A stretch of DNA of 64,000 nucleotides. Origin: Eledone cirrhosa. Taxonomy: Eukaryota. A program made the position numbers and the translations under genes. Where the stretch lies: the NCBI GenBank assembly GCA_964016885.1, contig OZ024741.1, positions 399,590,001-399,654,000 on the forward strand, written 5' to 3'. This document shows positions 57,701-64,000 of this stretch, in pieces; the stretch's first letter is position 1; each line of letters starts with the position of its first letter. Under the pieces are notes generated by a model, which ran no database searches, had not been told where the DNA came from, and worked only from the letters and a program-made list of their open reading frames with translations.

Positions 57701-60700
57701 TAACAGCTCCACTGACGGTATATATAATATAGGGACAGATAACAGCTCCAGTGGCGGTATATATAATATAGTGACCGATAACAGCTCCAGTGACCGTATA
57801 TATAATATAGGCACAGATAAAAGCTCCAGTGGCGGTATATATAATATAGGGACCGATAACAGCTCCAAAGACCGTATATATAATATAGGGATAGATAAAA
57901 GCTCCAGTAGGGGTATATATAATATAGGGACAGATAAGATCTCCAATGACGGTATATATAAAATAGGGACAGATAACAGCTCCAGTAGGAGTATATATAA
58001 TATAGGGACAGATAACAGCTCAAGTGACGGTATATATAATATAGCAACAGATAACAGCTCCAGTGACGGTATATATAATATAGGGACAGATAACAGCTCC
58101 AATGACTCTATATATAATATAGGGACAGATAACAGCTCCAGGAGGGGTATATATAATATAGGGACCGATAACAGCTCCAGTGACGGTATATATAATATAG
58201 AGACCGATAACAGCTCCAGTAGGGTATATATAAAATAGGGACAGATAACAGTTCCAGTAGGGGTATATATTATATAGGTACAGATAAAAGCTCCAGTGAC
58301 GGCATATATAATATACAGATAGATAACAGCTCCAGTGACGGTATTTATAATATAGGGACAGATAACAGCTCCAATGACGGTATATATAATATAGGGACAG
58401 TTACCAGCTCCAGTGACAGTATATATAATATAGGGACCGATAACAGCTCCAGTGACGGTATATATAATATAGGGACATGTAACAACTCCAGTGACGGTGT
58501 ATATTATAAAGGGACAGATAACAGCTCCAGTATGGGTATTTATAATAGAGAGACAGATAACAACTCCAGTAGGGGTATATATAATATAGGGACAGATAAC
58601 AGCTCCAGTGGCGGTATATATAATATAGTGACCGATAACAGCTCCAGTGACCGTATATATAATATAGGGACAGATAAAAGCTCCAGTGGCGGTATATATA
58701 ATATAGGGACGGATAGCAGCTCCAATGACAGTATATATAATATAGGGACAGATAAAAGCTCCAGTAGGGGTATATATAATATAGGGACAGATAACAGCTC
58801 CAGTGACGGTATGTATAATATAGGGACAGATAACAGCTCCAGTAGGAGTATATATAATATAGGGACAGATAACAGCTCCAGTAGTGGTATATATAATATG
58901 GGCACAGATAACAGCTCCAGTGACGGTATATATAATATAGAGACAGATAATAGCTCCAGTAGGCGTATATATAATATAGGGACAGATAACAGCTCCAGTG
59001 ACGGTATATTTAATATGGGGACGGATAAAAGCTCCAGTAGGGGTATACATAATATAGGGACAGATAACAGCTCCAGTTACGATTTATATAATATAGAGAC
59101 AGATAACAGCTCCAGTGACGGTATATATAATATAGGGACAGGTAACAGCTCCACTGACGGTGTATATTATAAAGGGACAGATAACAATTTCAGTAGGGGT
59201 ATATATAATAGAGAGACAGATAACAACTCCAGTATGGGTATATATAATATAGGGACAGATAACAGCTCCAGTGACGGTATATATAATATAGGGACAGATA
59301 ACAGCTCCAGTGACGGTATATTTAATATAGGGATGGATAAAAGCTCCAGTAGGGGTATATATAATATAGGGACAGATAACAGCTCCAGTAGGGGTATATA
59401 TAATATAGGGAGAGGTAACAGCTCCAGTGACGGTATATATAATATAGGGACAGATAAAAGCTCCAGTAGGGGTATATATAATATAGGGACAGATAACAGC
59501 TCCAGCGGGGGTATATATAATATAGGGACAGATAACAGCTCCAGTGACGGTATATATAATATAGGGACAGATAACAGCTCCAGTGACGGTATATATAATA
59601 TAGGGACAGATAACAGCTTTAGTGACGGTATATATAATATAGGGACAGATAGCAGCTCCAGTGACGGTATATATAATATAGGGACAGATAACAGCTCTAG
59701 TAGGGGTATATATAATACAGGGACAGATAACAGCTCCAGTAGTGGTATATATAATATAGGGACAGATAACAGCTCCAGCAGGGGTATATATAATATAGGG
59801 ACAGATAACAGCTCAAGTGACGGTATATATAATATAGCAACAGATAACAGCTCCAGTAACGGTATATATAATATAGGGACAGATAACAGCTCCAATGACG
59901 GTATATATAATATAGGGACAGATAACAGCTCCAGGAGGGGTATATATAATATAGGGACCGATAACAGCTCCAGTGACGGTATATATAATATAGAGACAGA
60001 TAACAGCTCTAGTACGGTATATATTATATAGGGACAGATAAAAGCTCCAGTGACGGCATATATATTATAGAGACAGATAACAGCTCCAGTGACGGTATAT
60101 ATAATATAGGGACAGAGAACAGCTCCAATGACGGTATATATAATATAGGGACAGATAACAGCTCCAGTGGCGGTATATATAATATAGGAACCGATAACAT
60201 CTCCAGTGACCGTATATATATTATAGGGACAGATAAAAGCTCCAGTGGCGGTATATATATTATAGGGACCGATAACAGCTCCAATGACCGTATATATAAT
60301 ATAGGGACAGATAAAAGCTCCAGTAGGGGTATATATAATATAGGGACAGATAACATCTCCAGTGACGGTATATATAAAATAGGGACAGAGAACAGCTCCA
60401 GTAGGAGTATATATAATATAGGGACAGATAACAGCTCCAATAGGGGTATATATAATATAGGGACAGATAACATCTCCAGTAGGGGTATATATAATATGGG
60501 GACAGATAACAGCTCCAGTGACGGTATATATAATATAGGGACAGATAACAGCTCCAGTAGGGGTATATATAATATGGGGACAGATAACAGCTCCAGTAGT
60601 GGTATATATAATATTAGGACACATAACAGCTCCAATGACGGTATATATAATATAGGGACAGATAACAGCTCCAGTGACGGTATATATAATATAGGGACAG

Positions 60701-61045
60701 ATAACAGCTCCAGTAACGGTATATATAATATAGGGAGAGATAACATCTCCAGTAGGGGTATATATATAATATAGGGACAGATAACAGCTCCAGTGACGGT
60801 ATATATAATAGAGGGACAGATAACACCTCCAGTGACCGTATATATAATATAGGAACAGATAACAGTTCCAGTAGAAGTATATATAATATAGGGACAGATA
60901 ACAGCTCCAGTGACGGTATATATAATATAGGGACGTATAACAGCTCCATTAGGAGTATATATAATATAGGGACAGATAACAGCTCCAATAGGAGTATATG
61001 TAATATAGGGACAGATAACAGCTCCAATAGGGGTATATATAATAC

Positions 61046-63638
61046 AGGGACAGATAACAGCTCCAGTGACGGTATATTTAATATAGGGACGGATAAAAGC
61101 TCCAGTAGGGGTATATATAATATAGGGACAGATAACAGCTCCAGTAACGATTTATATAATATAGAGACAGATAACAGCTCCAGTGACGGTATATATAATA
61201 TAGGGACAGGTAACAGCTCCACTGACGGTGTATATTATAAAGGGACAGATAACAATTTCAGTAGGGGTATATATAATAGAGAGACAGATAACAACTCCAG
61301 TATGGGTATATATAATATAGGGACAGATAACAGCTCCAGTGACGGTATATTTAATATAGGGATGGATAAAAGCTCCAGTAGGGGTATATATAATATAGGG
61401 ACAGATAACAGCTCCAGTAGGGGTATATATAATATAGGGACAGATAACAGCTCCAGTGAAGGTATATATAATGTAGGGACAGATAACAGCTCCAGTGACG
61501 GTATATATAATATATGGACAGATAACACCTCCAGTGACGGTATATATAATAGAGTGACAGATAACAGCTCTAGTGACGGTATATATAATATAGGGGCAGA
61601 TAGCAGCTCCAGTGACTGTACATATAATATAGGGAGAGATAACAGCTCCAGTAGGGGTATATATAATACAGGGACAGATAACAGCTCCAGTAGTGGTATA
61701 TATAATATAGGGACAGATAACAGCTCCAGCATGGGTATATATGATATAGGGACAGATAACAGCTCAAGTGACGGTATATATAATATAGCAACAGATAACA
61801 GCTCCAGTGACGGTATATATAATATAGGGACAGATAACATCTCCAGTGACGGTATATATAATATAGAGACAGATAGCAGCTCCAGTAGGGTATATATAAA
61901 ATAGGGACAGATAACAGTTCCAGTAGGTGTATACATTATATAGGGACAGATAAAAGCTCCAGTGACGGCATATATAATATGGAGACAGATAACAGCTCCA
62001 GTGACGGTATATATAATATAGGGACAGATAACAGCTCCAATGACGGTATATATAATATAGGGACAGATAACAGCTCCAATGACGGTATATATAATATAGG
62101 GACAGATAACAGCTCCAGTGACAGTATATATAATATAGGGACCGATAACAGCTCCAGTGACGGTATATATAATATAGGGACATATAACAACTCCAGTGAC
62201 GGTGTATATTATAAAGGGACATATAACAGCTCCAGTATGGGTACATATAATAGAGAGAAAGATAACAGCTCCAGTAGGGGTATATATAATATAGGTAGAG
62301 GTAACAGCTCCAGTGAGGGTATATATAATATAGGGACAGATAACAGCTCCAGTGACTGTATATATAATATAGGGACAGATAACACCTCCAGTGACGGTAT
62401 ATATAACATAGTGACAGATAACAACTCTAGTGACGGTATATATAATATAGGGACAGATAACAGCTCCAGTAGGGGTATATATAATATAGGGACAGATAAC
62501 AGCTCCAGTAGTGGTATATATAATATAGGGACAGGTAACAGCTCCAGCAGGGGTATATATAATATAGGGACAGATAACAGCTCAATTGACAGTATATATA
62601 ATATAGCAACAGATAACAGCTCCAGTGACGGTATATATAATATAGGGAGAGATAACAGCTCCAATGACGGTATATATAATATAGGGACAGATAACAGCTC
62701 CAGGAGGGGTATATATAATATAGGGACCGATAACAGCTCCACTGACGGTATATATAATATAGAGACAGAAACCAGCTCCAGTAGGGTATACATAAAATAG
62801 GGACAGATAACAGTTCCAGTAGGAGTATATATTATATAGGGACAGATAACTGCTCCATGACGGTATATATAATATAGGGACAGATAACAGCTCCAGTGAC
62901 GGTATATATAATATAGGGACAGATAAAAGCTCCAGTGAAGGTTTATATAATATAGACACCGATAACAGCTCCAGTAGGGGTATATATTATATAGGGACAG
63001 AATAAATCTCCAGTGACGGCATATATAATATAGAGACAGATAACAGCTCCAGTGACGGTATACATAATATAGGGACAGATAACAACTCCAGTGACGGTAT
63101 ATATAATATAGGGAGAGATAACAGCTCCAGCAACGATTTATATAATATAGAGACAGATAACAGCTCCAGTGACGGTATATATACTATAGAGACATATAAC
63201 AGCTCCATTGACGGTGTATATTATAAAGGGACAGATAACAGCTCCAGTAGGGGTATATATAATAGAGAGACAGATAACAGCTCCATTAGGGGTATATATA
63301 ATATAGGGACAGATAACAGCTCCAGTGACGGTATATATAATATAGGGACAGATAACAGCTCCAATGACGGTATATTTAATATAGAGACGGATAAAAACTC
63401 CAGTAGGGGTATGTATAATATAGGGACAGATAACAGCTCCAGTAGGGGTATATATAATATAGGGACGGATAACAGCTCCATTGACGGTATATATAATATA
63501 GGGACAGATAATAGCTCCACTGACGGTATATATAATATAGGGAAAGATAACAGCTCCAGTGGCGGTATATATAATATAGTGACCGATAACAGCTCCAGTG
63601 ACCGTATATATAATATAGGGACAGATAACAGCTCCATT
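61046..63638 (+). repeat. 2.6-kb block, copy 2
   Basis: Translations 61979..62800 and 62209..62793 are identical to 53138..53959 and 53368..53952. Confidence 0.92.
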
Positions 63639-64000
63639 AATATAGAGACGGATAAAAGCTTCATTAGGGATATATATAAAATAGGGACATATAACAGCTC
63701 CAGTAGGGGTATATATAATATAGGGACAGATAATAGCTCCAGCAGGGGTATATATAATATAGGGACAGATAACAGCACCAGTAGGGGTATATATAATATA
63801 GGGACAGATAACATTTCCAATGACGGTATATATAATATAGGGACAGATAAAAGCTCCATTAGGGGTATATATAATATTGGGACAGATAACAGCTCCAGCG
63901 GGGGTATATATAATATAGGGGCAGATAACAGCTCCAGTGACGGTATATATAATAAGGGACAGATAATAGCTCCACTGACGGTATATATAATATAGGGAAA

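Larger units (their letters stand above)
3467..64000 (+). repeat. 39-bp tandem satellite array, >60 kb, open at the right edge
   Basis: Continuous head-to-tail GGGACAGATAACAGCTCCAGT(GAC|AGG)GGTATATATAATATA; I saw no inversion or foreign insertion; scattered substitutions and 1-12 bp indels. Confidence 0.99.

Noticed and set aside
3452-63995. Hundreds of repeat ORFs suggesting a giant repetitive protein (ice-nucleation, adhesin or mucin-like) or membrane proteins
   Set aside because: They overlap on both strands, have no unique N- or C-terminal domain, are broken by recurrent 1-bp indels (CCATGACGG, AGTAGGGTAT) and stops, and common variants are mostly non-synonymous.
3467-64000. CRISPR array (repeat length in range)
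   Set aside because: Monomers are directly adjacent with no unique spacers, there are no cas genes, and the context is eukaryotic.
3467-64000. A single regular higher-order repeat across the array
   Set aside because: Duplication offsets vary by region (350, 1209, 1947-2183, 2500, 3510, about 4400, 8841), so higher-order structure is local.

Overview
This is eukaryotic non-coding DNA with no supportable protein-coding gene. About 95% of the window (3467-64000, open at the right edge) is one uninterrupted, single-orientation tandem satellite with a 39-bp monomer, GGGACAGATAACAGCTCCAGT[GAC/AGG]GGTATATATAATATA (~1,550 copies by length/39). All the long ORFs in the track are by-products of this monomer, which is a multiple of 3 and stop-free in 4 of 6 frames; the array is riddled with 1-bp indels. 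Diagnostic variants reveal nested higher-order duplications (offsets of about 0.35, 1.2, 2, 2.5, 4.4 and 8.8 kb), regional variant domains and a few long-range transfers. The left 3.4 kb holds the array boundary. It contains a cluster of tRNA-derived SINE copies (one fold-back pair, one nested insertion with an 18-bp TSD), a 25-bp G-rich minisatellite and a 38-bp palindrome. It also contains a 407-bp non-autonomous Helitron inserted at an A|T site inside the first satellite monomer. From memory the SINE resembles an octopod cephalopod family, so the host assignment is an unverified inference.
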